A stretch of 64,000 nt of DNA from Eremomyces bilateralis CBS 781.70 (Eukaryota), in assembly GCA_010015585.1 (NCBI GenBank), contig ML975151.1. One strand, 5' to 3'. Below are positions 36,266-49,383 of this stretch, in pieces (the first letter of the stretch is position 1; each line of letters opens with the position of its first letter). Under the pieces are notes generated by a model. The model worked only from the letters and a program-made list of their open reading frames with translations. It made no database searches and was not told where the DNA came from. A program made the position numbers and the translations under genes.

Positions 36266-39200
36266 CTAACGACTTCGCTCACCCCGTGCGGCCGTCGACG
36301 CCACGTTCTCCCTCGCCAGCTGCTGCCCGAAATTCTCCGCCACGCCCGGAAGCCCGACTCCGCTTCGCGGCCGCAGTCCCTGGATCCCTGCATTTGTGTG
36401 CGTGCTCCCCTCTCCTGTCGCAGCCTGAGGTCGTTCGGTTCGCCGAGGGGGCACAAACGGTGCCGCCGGCCCGGAAACCGCTCGCTGTCGCGCGATGTTG
36501 GCGCTTGACGCCGCATTGCTGAATGTGATCGGGTTGAATGCGGTGCCGAGTGGCGCGGCTGAGGATCGTGCACTGGATGGACCAGAGGAGACGCTGATGG
36601 CGTCGGAACCGTGGACTCGGCGAGGGGTTGACCCTTGGAGGAGTTCACGCTCGCGACGACGGACGAGTTCGCTTGCGCGGCGGCGACGCTCGGCGTCGTC
36701 GAGGACACCGTTGAGAGGGGTGATGGGAGGCATGTTAGTGACCTGGTCGACAGCGGCGCGAAGCAGTCGGGTTGATGGCTGCGGCATCAAGCGAGCTTGG
36801 GAGGGTTGAGGTCGGAGGTTGGCGCGAGATGCCTGTGGGCGTGCGGAACTTGGGCTATGTTGGCTGGAACTGGATGGTGCCACAGACGCTCGTGGGGTTC
36901 GGGATCGGTCAGGTCCAGACGCGGTGTCGTGATCTCGCATCGAAGACTGAGAGGGCGGGGTGCGCATCGTGCGGGTCGAAGTTCGAGGTCGGATCGTCGC
37001 TGTTGAAGTTTGCTCGCGAAGTCGTTGGCTGGATTGGCGGGGTCGAACGTTGGTTTGGAGACGCGGTGCGAACGGGTTGTGACTTTGCTGCATGGTTCGA
37101 ACAGCGGAGTTCAGACTTTGTTGCACGGATCGAGCCGCGAAGTTCAGACCTGGGCCCATAAAAGGGCTTTGATACGGAGCATTGACGGGTGCAGTTGGCC
37201 GTCGGCCTGTGGCAGAAGGAGGCCGCGAATTCTGACGGCTCATCGGACGGACAATTGCGTCTGGAATTGTTGCGCCGCTCGCTATTGGATTCGACGCTGC
37301 ACGAATATTGGGCCGTGAATCCCTTGGATCCGGATCCACAGAACCTCGTCCATCAATGTAGATGCCGTTTCCGGAATTCCCCAAATGCGCAGATGAAGCC
37401 GGGACAAATGACGGTGTGAAGCCGTCAGTCTGCGCAGCTGCTGCCATAAGCCTATTGTTGGAGGCTCTTCTGCCAATCCCTGGCGTTCGGCGACGGTCTG
37501 GAGAAGCTTGCTCAACAGGGTACGCAGGATGTTGTGCATATGCAGAATTCGTATGTCCGTTCATAGTATTTGCTGCGTTTCGCCTGTTTCGATTCGATGT
37601 CCCCGGGCGGTGAATTGGGGTTGATCCACGTAACAGCTCCAACTGGGCAAAGACGTCGTCCTCCCTCTCCATAGACACGTTTCTCTCAAAATTCTGATGT
37701 TCCGCAAACATAAAGCTAATTCGTGGGTCGTAGTCGCGTCGTTGTCTCGTACGTCGGCGGCCTTGGTGTCGTGCAATCGATTCATCGGATGAGCCGTCCG
37801 AGACGCCATCCAGCCCATCTCCGAGGACTTGTTGCACTCCAACGGATGGTCGTGATATGGACGCCCCCAACCTAGCATTTGATGCGCGTCTAACATCTCC
37901 CATAGTGCTATCGCCATCTCGATCAATATCGGAATCATCGTCGTCTGCCTCTCCTTCGTAGTTTATGGATGAGACAGAAAGTACGGAACTCCTTCTCCGG
38001 AGTCCTCGGGAACCGTCCGGGAAGCGGGTCGTCCGAGGTCGTGGGGATGAGGTGGAAGCCGCGTTATATGTGTCTGCAGTAGGTGTTAGAGATCCTGAGT
38101 TTCGGTTCCGCAAAGCGTGGTTCGTGTTCGTCTCTAACCCGACCGTCGTCCTTCCCCCATCACTGTCCTCATCATACTCTCCACCCCCTTCTTCCACCCC
38201 AGCAGAAGCACCCTGATCCAATGGTGACCAGCCTCGATTCCGGAGAGCCTGATGGAATAAATGGTTTTCCGGATCCATGTTTGAAGAAGGCACATTGCGG
38301 TTGCGGTTCAAACGGGCCTGCACCCTGGTCTGTCGTCGTCGAATGTGTGAGATAGGGCTCTCGTCTTCGTCGTCTTCATCGGATTCCTCATCAAGAGAGG
38401 TCGACCTTGACGTTGACGGTCCCCTAGGTTCCGGCGAATCAGAGACTATCACTATGGCCCGCCTTGGGTGGTTTGGCCGTTGCTCCGGTTGAGGAGTCCC
38501 ACTGGCGCCGGTGGATGAGCTCGTCTGCGAAGCAAGTTCGATGTTATCGTCATCGAGGAAGTCGGCCATAGAGGAGTCTTCTTCATCCTCATCTTCGTCC
38601 TCATCCTCTTCTTCGACGGTGTCCATATCTATCTCATCGGACATGAGACTCGCAGTGTTCGATCGGCGTCGACTTCCGGCAGCGCTGTGGGCAGCGAGTG
38701 GTCGCATTCGTCGGATTCCCTGAGGCGAAGGGGGGCCGCCGCGTCTGTTCATCCATTGCTGAATGTAGTTATTGCCGTCGTAGTCTCCAAATTCGGCCGA
38801 GGCCAGGTGCTCGTGGGCCATTACGGCGATAATATCGGAATCCAGATCATTGTCCGTCATGTCGAGGTCGTGGTCTAAGTCGTCGGCGTCAACATCATCC
38901 GTTCGTGCATCATCATCGCTAAATCCTCGGAGTGACCCGCCCCACACATCACGAAAGACCGCGGAGTCTGAATCGCCTGTCTCGATGTCCCAGTCGTTCC
39001 AGTCACAGTGCGAGCACATTCCCTGAACTACCTCATGGTGGCAGGCCGGGCACCTGTCCACATTGTCTTCATCGTCATGATATGCATCGGTACCGAACCG
39101 TCGCTTAAAGGCCCCCTTGAAGAGGCCGCCGTGCTGAGGGTTGGTATTGTTCTTATCCTTCTGCACCGCTTCGGCTTCTTCTTTCTGCCATCTTTCGTGT

Positions 39201-39797
39201 TCATCTTTCTCCGACGAAGGGAGGAGCTCGGTCCGGGAAATCATGACTGTAATCAGCTCTTTGAGGAGGTAGGCTGGGGCCGGCATCTCGTGGACCGCGG
39301 CGCGGCAGTCTGGACAGGTTTTGTTGTGTTTATTGTTGGAAAACCACGTGCAAAGGCAACTGTAGCAGAACGTGTGGCCGCATGAGATGATGTAGGGTTC
39401 GTAGAGAAGCCGGGCACAGATCTTGCAGGAGGCGATGCTTCGAATGGACTCCATGTCCGATTTCAGCGAGCTCAGCAGCTGTAACGGGATTAGGATTATA
39501 TCGTTCAAGTGACGCATGGAAGCTTACCTCTTCATTCTTCTTCGCGGCAGCCATGATGATGCTCTCACTGGATTGTGTCTTAGACGAAGATGCCAAGGAA
39601 CCATCAGAAGAGCGTGGCAGCTTCAGCCCCTCCTGTGAATTCTTGGAGTACCTCCGGCTCCTATCGCTCGCGAGAGAGGTAGATGATGCCGAGGCCACAT
39701 GATTCGGGATATTCGGTGAATTTTGGGAGCGACGAGAGGGTGGTTTTTCACGAGCACGCGAGGCGTTTGACGGAGACGCCTGCCCAACAGCCTCCAT
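36266..39797 (-). CDS. RING-finger E3 ligase (Psh1-like) with long disordered C-terminus
   Basis: C3HC4 CKIC...CGHTFCYSC...CPDCR, then a CxxC-CxxC element (RCPACHHE..GMCSHC); intron near 39480-39527; start may instead be at 39554. Confidence 0.85.
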
Positions 39798-40509
39798 CTC
39801 GGCAGGATCTCGCAGGTGGAGTGTTGCTACTCCTCATTCCAGGGGATCACGGGTTGAAATTAGGGAAGATTGAATATGAGGATTGGAAGAGGATGAGAGA
39901 GAGATTCATGGAGCTTTTGGAAGAGAAGAGCAGTGATGAGTGTGAGATCACTGAGTGAAGTGCAGGTGTTGTAACGTGAAGTCAGAAGTGGTGGGTGGGT
40001 AAAAGTGGGACGTCTAAGTCGGGGTCGATCCTGACAAGCACGCTACTCCTGATTAGGTATTAGCTTCGTTTTTCACCTTCTCGGGCAGTTGGGCTCCAGC
40101 CCTCAGCTAACGCCATCCTTCGCACTGACAACGCCAGTCGAACAATGGATTACGCTATGGCGGCTATGCTGGATCATCGCTGGACTAATACATTCTATCA
40201 TCCATGAGCCTTGTACTTAGATTTGACCTCAACTCATGGGAGTCACAGACTCGCAGTTGGCACGATATCGGAACTCGGGTGCAGAGGGGATGTGAATTAA
40301 TTTATTGACAGGCCGTTTATCCATATTCTCTCTCGCTTTTTCCCATTACCGCTTTCTCATAGTACTGCTTTTCCCCGTACCACTGCTTTTTCCCATCCCG
40401 TAACAAGCTCATGCTACATGTAAACGAAAGTCGAAAACTATTTGTGAAAACAAGAATGCCAACCGATCTGCCGCTGCCCATTTTCCGTCTATTATCAGAA
40501 GTCGATCCC

Positions 40510-41793
40510 TCAGTCCGTACGGGTGCGCTTGGTAGGACGCTCCATGCCCCCTTGGTTCACATCGACGACGACATCCGGAATATTCATCTCCTCAATGTAC
40601 CCCGACGCAATCATATCTTCATCCACCATCTCGCTGTTCATGTGAGCGAGGAACTTGGTCTGCTCCTTCAAGAAGGCCTTGAAATCGGACGTTGCGAACT
40701 TCTTGCCCGCTCGTTGCCGGCGCTCCATTTCTCGAAGCTTGGCGCGGATGCGGTCCTCCATGATTTGGAGACGGTATTCGGCGAACTGGTGGTAGAGCAT
40801 TGACACGTCGGAGATCTGGCGGACGGTGTTCAAGACGGTAGCGTCGGCAGCGAAAGGATCCTTGGGTCGGAAGGAGGTCACGGAGGTGATGCGCTCCCGG
40901 GTACCAAGAGCTCGGAGAGCCTGGTGGGTGATGTAGCGGCCTTGGAGGATGATAGCAGAGCCCTTGGATATTTCAGCGGCAAGTTCGGAAATGAACAGCA
41001 TTGGATCATGCGAACTTACCATGCCGGGTCCGCGAACGCGGATGACAGTGCCGTCAGGCTTTTGAATCGCAGTCTCTCCTCCGACCATGTTGGTGCAGTC
41101 AGACAACATCAAGACACAGACGAAAGGGTAGCTGTCCCGGTGCCATCCGACCACCGGCTTATCGTCCTCCCATGGGCAGCCGGAAATGCCTTCATCCGAG
41201 GCGAAGAAGCATTTCTGAGCATTGATCATGTCGATCTCCTGTTGAACTTGCTTCTTGCTCTTGACGGCAAAGTTGATATGGCCAATCTCGTAGTCAACCA
41301 CAACAGTGAGCTCCACCCCTGCGATCTTGGACATGATGGCGAGGGTCTTTGGGTGAGTCCAAGCGTCATAGGTGAAGGGAGCAAAGCTACATGGGTCAGA
41401 AAGAGTCTCTGGCAGAGGATGGATGGCTTACCGGCCAGCATAACCTCGAAGCTGGGATGCTGCAATATTGCTGCGGAATTGGCAAGTCTCATTGACTTCC
41501 TTCTTGAAGATCTCCTGTCGCATCTGATCGACCGCCTCCTTGGTGAAGAGTTGGAAAGGTTGGCTCATCGCCACTGGGGACACGCCGGTGTCTTCGGGAT
41601 AGCCGATGTCCTTCATGGTCAAGATCTCGGGAGCCTCCTTGAAAGCAAGGTGCTTATCCGGATCGAAACTCTCGACAGCGCCTGCATTGGTTTCAGGGTG
41701 AGGCTTTTCTGTACACTTCACAATGATATGGTCGCAGGCCGCCTGAGTAGCACACCCTGTGGCAGAGTCGGGCATAGCTGGCGAGGCCAGCAT
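40510..41793 (-). CDS. Conserved fungal Fe(II)/2-oxoglutarate dioxygenase-like protein
   Basis: SPVAMSQPFQLF, YEIGHINF, WHRDSYPFVCV (HxD), GGET, ITHQA and RITSVTSFRP; two introns. Confidence 0.8.
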
Positions 41794-44093
41794 GATGAAT
41801 TGGGTGGAATTAGGTGAGTCTCGGACAAAGCGAGGTTACAGAACAAATGACAAAAGTCTTCTGGCAAGATGTTTGATTAGGATCGTGGTTCAGGTCGAGA
41901 GGTAAAATGAAGGTTGATCAAGTCAAAAGGTCTGAAGAGCAGAAATATCGATTTTTAGTGGGATATCGACAAGAAGGAGCATGGACTGGTAATTATCAGA
42001 GGCCCCGAACACATGCAGGAATTCTGGTGAATTGAATTCTCAACCTCACCGCATCCAGCCCACAAGCGGAATAGGAATCCGATATTAAGCGTCCTGCTGG
42101 CAGAAACGGCAAACCCTTTCACAAAGAGGGAGGGGAGACAAATAGACCCGAGATGAGGTAGGTTCACAAAGAACTAGATCTCATAGACCTCAAGAGATTG
42201 TACGTGCAATAACAGTATATACGGACACATTCACACGAATGAACAAGAATGTGGTGATTAAAATTTGTTCCCAATGTTATCAAGGCAGACGGTAAAGGTA
42301 GGGTCAATTGTGTGCTCATGGAATGCGAACGAGGCCTTTTATACTGCAGGATAGTCCAACCCCATGCATTCTATATACTGAAATGGCAATATCTCCAACG
42401 CCAGTCCCCAACTGCACTATATTCAAGGCGTCCTACCTCCGTGCCAATCACATCTTGCCGGTTTCTGAAACTTAGAACGGACTGGTAGCTCCACTGCCCA
42501 GCTGACATCAATGCCGACATCGTGAGTAGTCAGTGCTATCTGGTCACGATGGCAAGGAGCAAGTCCATCGCAAGGGGGATTGTTCGCCAGACAATGAACA
42601 AGAACATCCATCGATTTTTACCAACTGTAAATACCCGTTTGAGGCTTTGATCGCACTGGCATATTATCTTATCGCCAACCTGATACTGGATTCTGGATAG
42701 GGACTGATACCAGAAATGATTCTATCCAACATGCCATGCAACCGAGGCTTCATCGGGTGACTGATACCATACTTCCCATCATGGACACAATGTGGTTTCC
42801 TCTTCTCTTTTTCCTAATCCAAAGGAATTGTCTTCCTGATCTCGCAAGCTCGACATGCATTGTCACAACGGCATTGTGAGCCCCTGCAGGATACGGCAAC
42901 CGCCGGCAATTTGGGGTCCAGTGGTTCAATGCTAGATTGGTCGGGGATGCTAGTGATGATACTGGGAACCAGAATACCCAATTGGGTTATGGAATTTGAG
43001 GACGAAGATAGGCGATTAGAGCTCGGATTTCGCATCCATTGTAGGATCCATCCAACGGTGGGAGGGAAATGTCACCAGTTCCCTATTTAGACCATCAGCT
43101 AATGCAATATCAATAACCATCATTATCAAAAGTGGAGGCAACATCGAAGTCTTCGAGCCCATCAGTGTGGAGGCGATTTGAATCTAGAAAGGTTGGGCAT
43201 TGAGTTTATGTCTCGGTCTATGGACTTCGTTTCCTGATCGAGGAGAGCGCAGGGCGACCCCGGCGGAACATTGTGATATCCCCTCCACACCTCAGTTGAA
43301 TTATCGTCAACTGTTGTCGTGTCGGCCCCAGCGAGTTCAGTCATCGTGGACCGATTTGGTCCAGAGCATCAACGAGCAGTGCTACCCCGCCGGGGCCCTG
43401 AATTCTTGAACGTAACCAGAAGCATAGCATCACAAGTTGAGACCGCGATATGCGAGGTGATGAAGGGGTTCAGCCTCCCAATGCATTTGCGAAATAGAAC
43501 ACGGTCGAGAATTGTCCTTGCCGCGACGCATGCCGTTCGTGAGGATCTCGAGTCGGCTCAGCGTCGTGGACTCCAGGTGTTGATGGAGGTTAGCTTCGGT
43601 GCATGATAAGGTTTCAAATCACAGCTACCGGTACCCAGCCAACGGCATCATGACTGAATAACCGTACGATTTTAAGCACGACTGCAACGAACACGTGGAT
43701 CTCTATAACATGTAAAGCATGCAATCTATCACCTGGAGCGAGTTAGTGGACAGGCATTGGGTAACCCTTCATCGCGTCCTCCGACGAATCGGAATCAGCG
43801 CCACGATGCGAGATCCAGGGTCTACTCCATCTAGAACGACGGTATCCCGTTCTCGAGTCGCTAGGGCGCCCGATATCTTCGACATCCAACACTGAAGTTG
43901 AGTTGAAGTTGACGTTGTGACAGTAACCAGGAGTCCAGGAACGGGGAACCTTGGCACGGACGCGGTCTCGTGAAACATTTTTCCGAGCTTGAACCGGCCG
44001 CAACATGTGGCGTCGGATTTGATCAACGAACGCCTCGATAACTCTGCGCTTTGTATTCATCCCACGGACAGAGAGATATGTGGCGATAGCAAT

Positions 44094-44593
44094 ATGGCGT
44101 CTCAACCGGGTGAGTCGGCATGGACCGAAGAAACGGCGAAGAAGTTTGAATCGTACGTTGCCTCGTCCAACAGTCAAACAGCTGCAACGGGCGACCCTCA
44201 TGTCAACCGGAAATCTGATACTGACCTGTTCTGGATTATCGTAGAAAGCAGCTGAGCAAGTACATGGATCCATGTCAAGAAGCTGCCAACCGCAGTTTAA
44301 AATGCCTGGCGAGGAACGGAGGCGAAAAGGAGATGTGCAACGACTACTTCCTGTAAGTTGTTTTGCTATTTCTCTACGTCCCCTTATTAAGCAGATATTA
44401 CTACCTTGGCAATGATGGGCCTCTACACAGTACACACTTGTGCATCTTGACTGACGAGTTTCGATAGAGCATACCGTGACTGCAAGAAGCAGTGGGTTCG
44501 TAACGTCCATGGATAGCTTTTGCACCCGTTCAGATACTGACAGTCACACAGCTTGAGGACAGGAACAAGAACAAGAAGGGCTTTTTCGGATGA
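44094..44593 (+). CDS. COX23: Cytochrome c oxidase assembly factor Cox23 (twin CX9C)
   Basis: Four short exons give [42 protein letters not shown]; not present as a single ORF in the track. Confidence 0.9.
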
Positions 44594-44833
44594 AAGCCGA
44601 AATCAGAGAACAGATCTGGACCTGGCAAAGGAGATGAGCTAGGCAAAATCACACTTCCACAATTACTTCAATGTATACTAGCAACCCAATCGTAAGATCT
44701 ACACGGATCCGAGTAATTTCTAGTGCCTAAGGATGACTAGAGAGCATGAATTGTCTTGCGGGATCGAGTACACATGCTATCTATAAGCTCGTGCGCCGGG
44801 TATATGCAGATCCTATGAACTCCATGCCCAAAT

Positions 44834-46593
44834 TTACATCCGCTCGCGTCTCCGAGGAGCGCTCTTGATGATGTTATCGACCCTCAGTAGGAGCTAAATT
44901 GGTCAGTTAGTTTGTATCCATAAGCGAAAGACTTGAAACAAGGAACTTACCTCCGCCGCTTCCGAAGCGGATGAGACCACCGCACGCTTCAGCTTGTAGC
45001 TCTCAATAACGCCCAGCTCCCGCATATCCGCAATCCCGCCGCCCGGCGAGAACATATCCAACCCGGAGCTCGTCATGCCCGCGTACACCGCCTTCCTCAA
45101 TCGCGCGATCAGATCGCTCGAATCGTACCCCGCATTATCCGCCAGGATCGTCGGCAGCTGCCTCAGCGCCTTCGCAAACGCATCCACCGCCAACGCCTTC
45201 TTCCCCGCCACGTTCTGCGCCGCGTGGTCCACCGCCTTCGCCATCACCATCTCCGCGCTACCGCCGCCGAGCGTCACCCGCGGCTCCTTGACCGTCTGAG
45301 ACAGTACCGCCAGCGCATCGTGCAGTGATCGCTCCGCTTCGTCGAGCAGCTGCTCAGTGGCGCCGCGCAGCACGATCGTGCAGGCGCGCCCGGCGGCGAC
45401 GCCGGAGAAGCGGATCAGGCGGTCTTCGCCGATGATGACTTCGTCGATAAGGTCGCAGTGGCCAAGCTTGACGGCCTCCGGGTGGTCGAAGGTGGAGGTG
45501 ATCTCGCCGCCGGTAACGAGGGCGAGCCGCTCGACGCCGTCGAAGTCAGCGTGCTCGATAGAGGAGATACCGACGTCGGCGAAGAGCTGCTCGGGCCAGT
45601 TGTAAATGAGCTGCCGGTTGACGAAGCAGTTGATGCCGTGGGCCTTGATGCGGTCGACCTTCTGGCGCATCTTTTCTCGTTCGGCCTTCTCGAGCTCGGC
45701 GAGCTTGCCGGTCGAGTCGACCTTGAGTCGGGCACCGAAGATCTTGACCTTGTCAGTGTCCATAGACGTATTCGAAATGAGGATCTTGGCATTCTCGATT
45801 CTCCGTGGCTGGTTGACGCCGAACTTCTTGTCTAGGATGAAGCCTTCCTCGAGGTATGAATCCTTCAGTTTGCCTCCAGCCTTCTTGATGATCTGGATGT
45901 GTGACAGGTCGGTTGAGCCTTTCATTCGTAGCACAGCATCGACGGCCAGGTTTGCAAACTGGTCCCGATCCTGATTCAGTACCTTCGAGCTCAATGTCGT
46001 GCTCCCGATAGCAACCAGGTCTCTCCTGAACTTCTCCGGATCGTTGCTATTGTTGACCGCCGTGCTTTCCAGCGCTTGGAGCGCAGCATGGCTGGCTATT
46101 CTGTACCCTTCGATGATGGTCTGAGGGTGTATCTTCTGGTTCACCAGCTGTTCCGCTCCTCGTAGGAGTTCCGCGGCCAAAACGGCGACTGATGTTGTGC
46201 CGTCACCAACCTCATCGTCCTGGACTTTTGAAATGTTGACGAGAACTTTCGCCGCGGCATTGTCGAGTGCGATGGATTTCAGGATCGTAGCTCCGTCGTT
46301 TGTGACCATGATTTCTCCAGTGGACCTGATAGAGCATGTTAGCTGCCTGCGCACCACCGCCTCGCCTATCGCCGATATCCCAACTTACGCGGACTGTAGG
46401 ATCTTGTCCATGCCTTTGGGCCCCAATGTGCTCTTCACCAGGTCTCCCACAGCAATAGCACCAACGAACGCTGATAGTCGTGCATTCTCTCCCTTCTCCT
46501 CAGTGACATCGTCCGCAAAAATTTGGGTCGGGGGTTGGTAAGCCTAGCGACGTTAATACGATAAACAGCAAGCATATCAAGAACACTCACCAT
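44834..46593 (-). CDS. CCT2: Chaperonin CCT/TRiC beta subunit
   Basis: [34 protein letters not shown] and LRVDNII; first coding exon is ATG only. Confidence 0.97.
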
Positions 46594-46864
46594 TTTTACC
46601 AGCTCTGGAGTTGAATAGGTAAGTTTCTGGTAAATTTATTGGAGTTGAGAGCTTCTATTGAAAGTTGAGATGCCGTTGTTCTGATCTGAAAAGTCCCGAA
46701 ATCCAGTGACAGGGAACTCCCCAGCTATAGCTTGATGATCACGAATCGCGTATTTCCACCTCAACCTGAATGAATGCTACAGGAAGGCTGAATTCTCTTA
46801 ATATTGCACTAAATTTCATGAGCTACGAGTCCCCCATTTACTACGCAGAGGTTATCTGATCAAA

Positions 46865-48541
46865 ATGGCGAAACGACGCGCTGCTGAACCGTTGGAAGCA
46901 GTAGCACATGCCGACTCGCCCGCGTCCAAGAAGTCCAAAGTCGACGACGTTCCAGACGAGTCGGAGCTGGTCGAGAACGATGCCCCAACCAACGGTCACC
47001 TTATGAACCCTCGAACGCAAGATGCCGAAAAGCTGGATATCCTTGGAGCCGCCGAACAAGAGCATGAGGAGCTGGAGGAAACCGGCTTCGACTCCGAGGA
47101 GGAAGACATGCAGGCCGCGCCGAAACGGCAAACCGCCCCGACGGAGGGATACGACGATCTATACCTCGACACCATCAAGCGAGCCGTCCTCGACTTCGAC
47201 TTCGAGAAACTGTGTTCCGTCACGCTGTCCAACATCAACGTCTACGCGTGCCTGATTTGCGGCAAATATTACCAGGGACGGGGCACCAGTTCGCAGGCAT
47301 ACTTCCACGCGCTGGACGAAGGGCACCATGTGTACATCAATATGGCGACGAAGAAGGTGTACGTCCTCCCCGAGGGATACGAAGTCAAGAGCAAAAGTTT
47401 GGACGACATCAAGTTTGTGGTAGACCCCGTGTTCAACAAGGCAGATGTCATGGCATTGGACAGAGAGCAAAAGACAGCCTGGGATCTAGTGAATCGAAAG
47501 TACGTTCCAGGATTCGTGGGGATGAACAATATCAAGGCGAACGATTACTTCAACGTCATCATCCATGCTCTCGCGCACGTCGCCCCCCTCCGCAACTATC
47601 TCATGCTGGAAGACCTCTCGAACCGACCGCAGCTCGCTCAGCGATTCAGCATCCTCGTGCGGAAGATCTGGAATCCACGAGCATTCAAAGCGCACGTTTC
47701 CCCCCACGAACTTCTTCAAGAAGTGGCCTTGCGGTCCGGAAAGCGCTTTAACCTGACCGAACAGGCGGATCCGGTCGACTTCCTGACCTGGTTCCTCAAC
47801 CATCTGCATCTGGCCCTGGGAGGCAGCAAAACCAAGCCCGGCACGAGCATCGTGCAGCGCGTCTTCCAAGGGGCAATGAAGGTCGAATCCCAACTGATCA
47901 CCGCGCGAGCCGACGCCGGCGATCGGCTGCGCTTCGAAGACGCGGACGTGCAGACCGAGACGCAGCGATACATGTTCCTAACCCTCGACCTCCCGCCCGC
48001 GCCGCTGTTCCAAGACGAGCTCGATCGCAACATCATCCCACAAGTGCGATTGGGCGAGATCCTATCCAAGTACGACGGCCGCCGCGCGCAAGAACGGCTG
48101 AACCACCGCCGCCGCTACCGTCTACTGCATCCGCTCCCCCCCTATCTCCTCTTCCACATCAAGCGGTTCAGCACCAACAAATTCGTCTCGGAGCGCAACC
48201 CCACCATCGTCACATCCGACCGCCCCTCAATCGACATGGCCGAGTACGTGGAGCCGAACCCCAGCCTGCACTCCCCCGCGGACCCGATCATGTACGATCT
48301 GGTCGCGAACGTCACGCACGAGGCGGTGCGGATCCGCGACGACAGCGTGGAGGGGGAGGCGGAGAAGAAGGTGTGGCACGTGCAGCTGCGGGACAAGAGC
48401 CGCGACGAGTGGATCGAGGTGCAGGATCTGTTTGTGGAGAAGATCATGCCGGAGACGCTGTTTACAAAGGAGAGTTATGTGCAGGTGTGGGAGCGACGGC
48501 GGGGGCCGGCGAAAGGGAAGGGTAGGGAGGGGGGGAGATAA
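46865..48541 (+). CDS. SAD1: U4/U6.U5 tri-snRNP protein Sad1/USP39
   Basis: LDFDFEKLCSVTLSNINVYACLICGKYYQG (ZnF-UBP), GMNNIKANDY (inactive UCH) and FKAHVSPHE. Confidence 0.96.
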   Translation: MAKRRAAEPLEAVAHADSPASKKSKVDDVPDESELVENDAPTNGHLMNPRTQDAEKLDILGAAEQEHEELEETGFDSEEEDMQAAPKRQTAPTEGYDDLYLDTIKRAVLDFDFEKLCSVTLSNINVYACLICGKYYQGRGTSSQAYFHALDEGHHVYINMATKKVYVLPEGYEVKSKSLDDIKFVVDPVFNKADVMALDREQKTAWDLVNRKYVPGFVGMNNIKANDYFNVIIHALAHVAPLRNYLMLEDLSNRPQLAQRFSILVRKIWNPRAFKAHVSPHELLQEVALRSGKRFNLTEQADPVDFLTWFLNHLHLALGGSKTKPGTSIVQRVFQGAMKVESQLITARADAGDRLRFEDADVQTETQRYMFLTLDLPPAPLFQDELDRNIIPQVRLGEILSKYDGRRAQERLNHRRRYRLLHPLPPYLLFHIKRFSTNKFVSERNPTIVTSDRPSIDMAEYVEPNPSLHSPADPIMYDLVANVTHEAVRIRDDSVEGEAEKKVWHVQLRDKSRDEWIEVQDLFVEKIMPETLFTKESYVQVWERRRGPAKGKGREGGR

Positions 48542-48772
48542 GCGTCATGTCTTGTATGTATATAATATAATCTTCGAATCCTCCAAAACATCATCCGCGA
48601 CAGTCATAAGGTACTGGGTGCGATTCGTGTAGACCCGACAATTACTCGGAGTCACCCATCTCGGCAGGAGCGAAATTCCATCAAGCCCAACGGCGGAATC
48701 TCTCTCAAATCAGACGTACACGCGGACTTCAAAAATCACAGCAACATCAATCACATCAATCACGTCAAGTGG

Positions 48773-48943
48773 TCATGTATCCCTTCGTGGCGCTTCGTAC
48801 CCATCGCCGTCAATTAAGACGACACACGGGAGGATGCTTCCTATACTCCAGGACGTGGTTCTCTCTACAGAGCATTGAACCGCAGAGCGGATGGCAACAC
48901 TACCGCTGTGGAATGCTAGCGGAGGTCGTGGCTGCTCTGATGC
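48773..48943 (-). ncRNA. snR34: Box H/ACA snoRNA, probable snR34/SNORA65 orthologue
   Basis: Hairpin-H box (AGAGAA 48859-48864)-hairpin-ACA (48776-48778)+3 nt. Pocket 1 GCCAC/GCCA fits LSU UGGC-UU-GUGGC; pocket 2 AUAGGAA/GCC fits LSU GGC-UC-UUCCUAU (rRNA sequences recalled from memory). Confidence 0.85.
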
Positions 48944-48984
48944 TTTTTTGATGAAGATTCCCAAGGTTGCGAGGGTGCGAGAAG

Positions 48985-49050
48985 TTTTTATGCGATGCGG
49001 AGGGGTGGGGCGGACGGGGCGGACCAGGTGTGCAGATTGTGATTGGTTGG
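48985..49050 (-). promoter_or_regulatory. Probable Pol II promoter of the snoRNA
   Basis: CATAAAAA about 45 nt upstream of the RNA, CCGCCC boxes and a CCAAT box. Confidence 0.5.
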
Positions 49051-49383
49051 GATCTGCTAGGCCTTAAGGCTGTAAGGCCAATAGGGCTGTAAGGCATGAA
49101 GATTGTTTGTATCACAGAGTCGCCTTGAGGTTGAAATGATCGGAAGACTCAAGACTGCCGTAGATGGCCATTCAGCTGGGTTCTACGGTCTATAGGCACT
49201 GCGCGGTTTATGTGGCCACATATGGATCTACTGGTATATGTCGAATTGTTGACATGGAAAGATCCTTGATATGCATTCGATTAGAAAATGCACGACCCTG
49301 GCTGTCCGGTATCAGGTGCAATGCTAAAGACAACCATCAAGCAAATTTGAGATCCAGTACGCCAAGTACACATGTCCCGTCCC

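Noticed and set aside
43743..44525. 260-aa minus-strand ORF
   Set aside because: Antisense to COX23, non-ATG start, non-protein-like composition.
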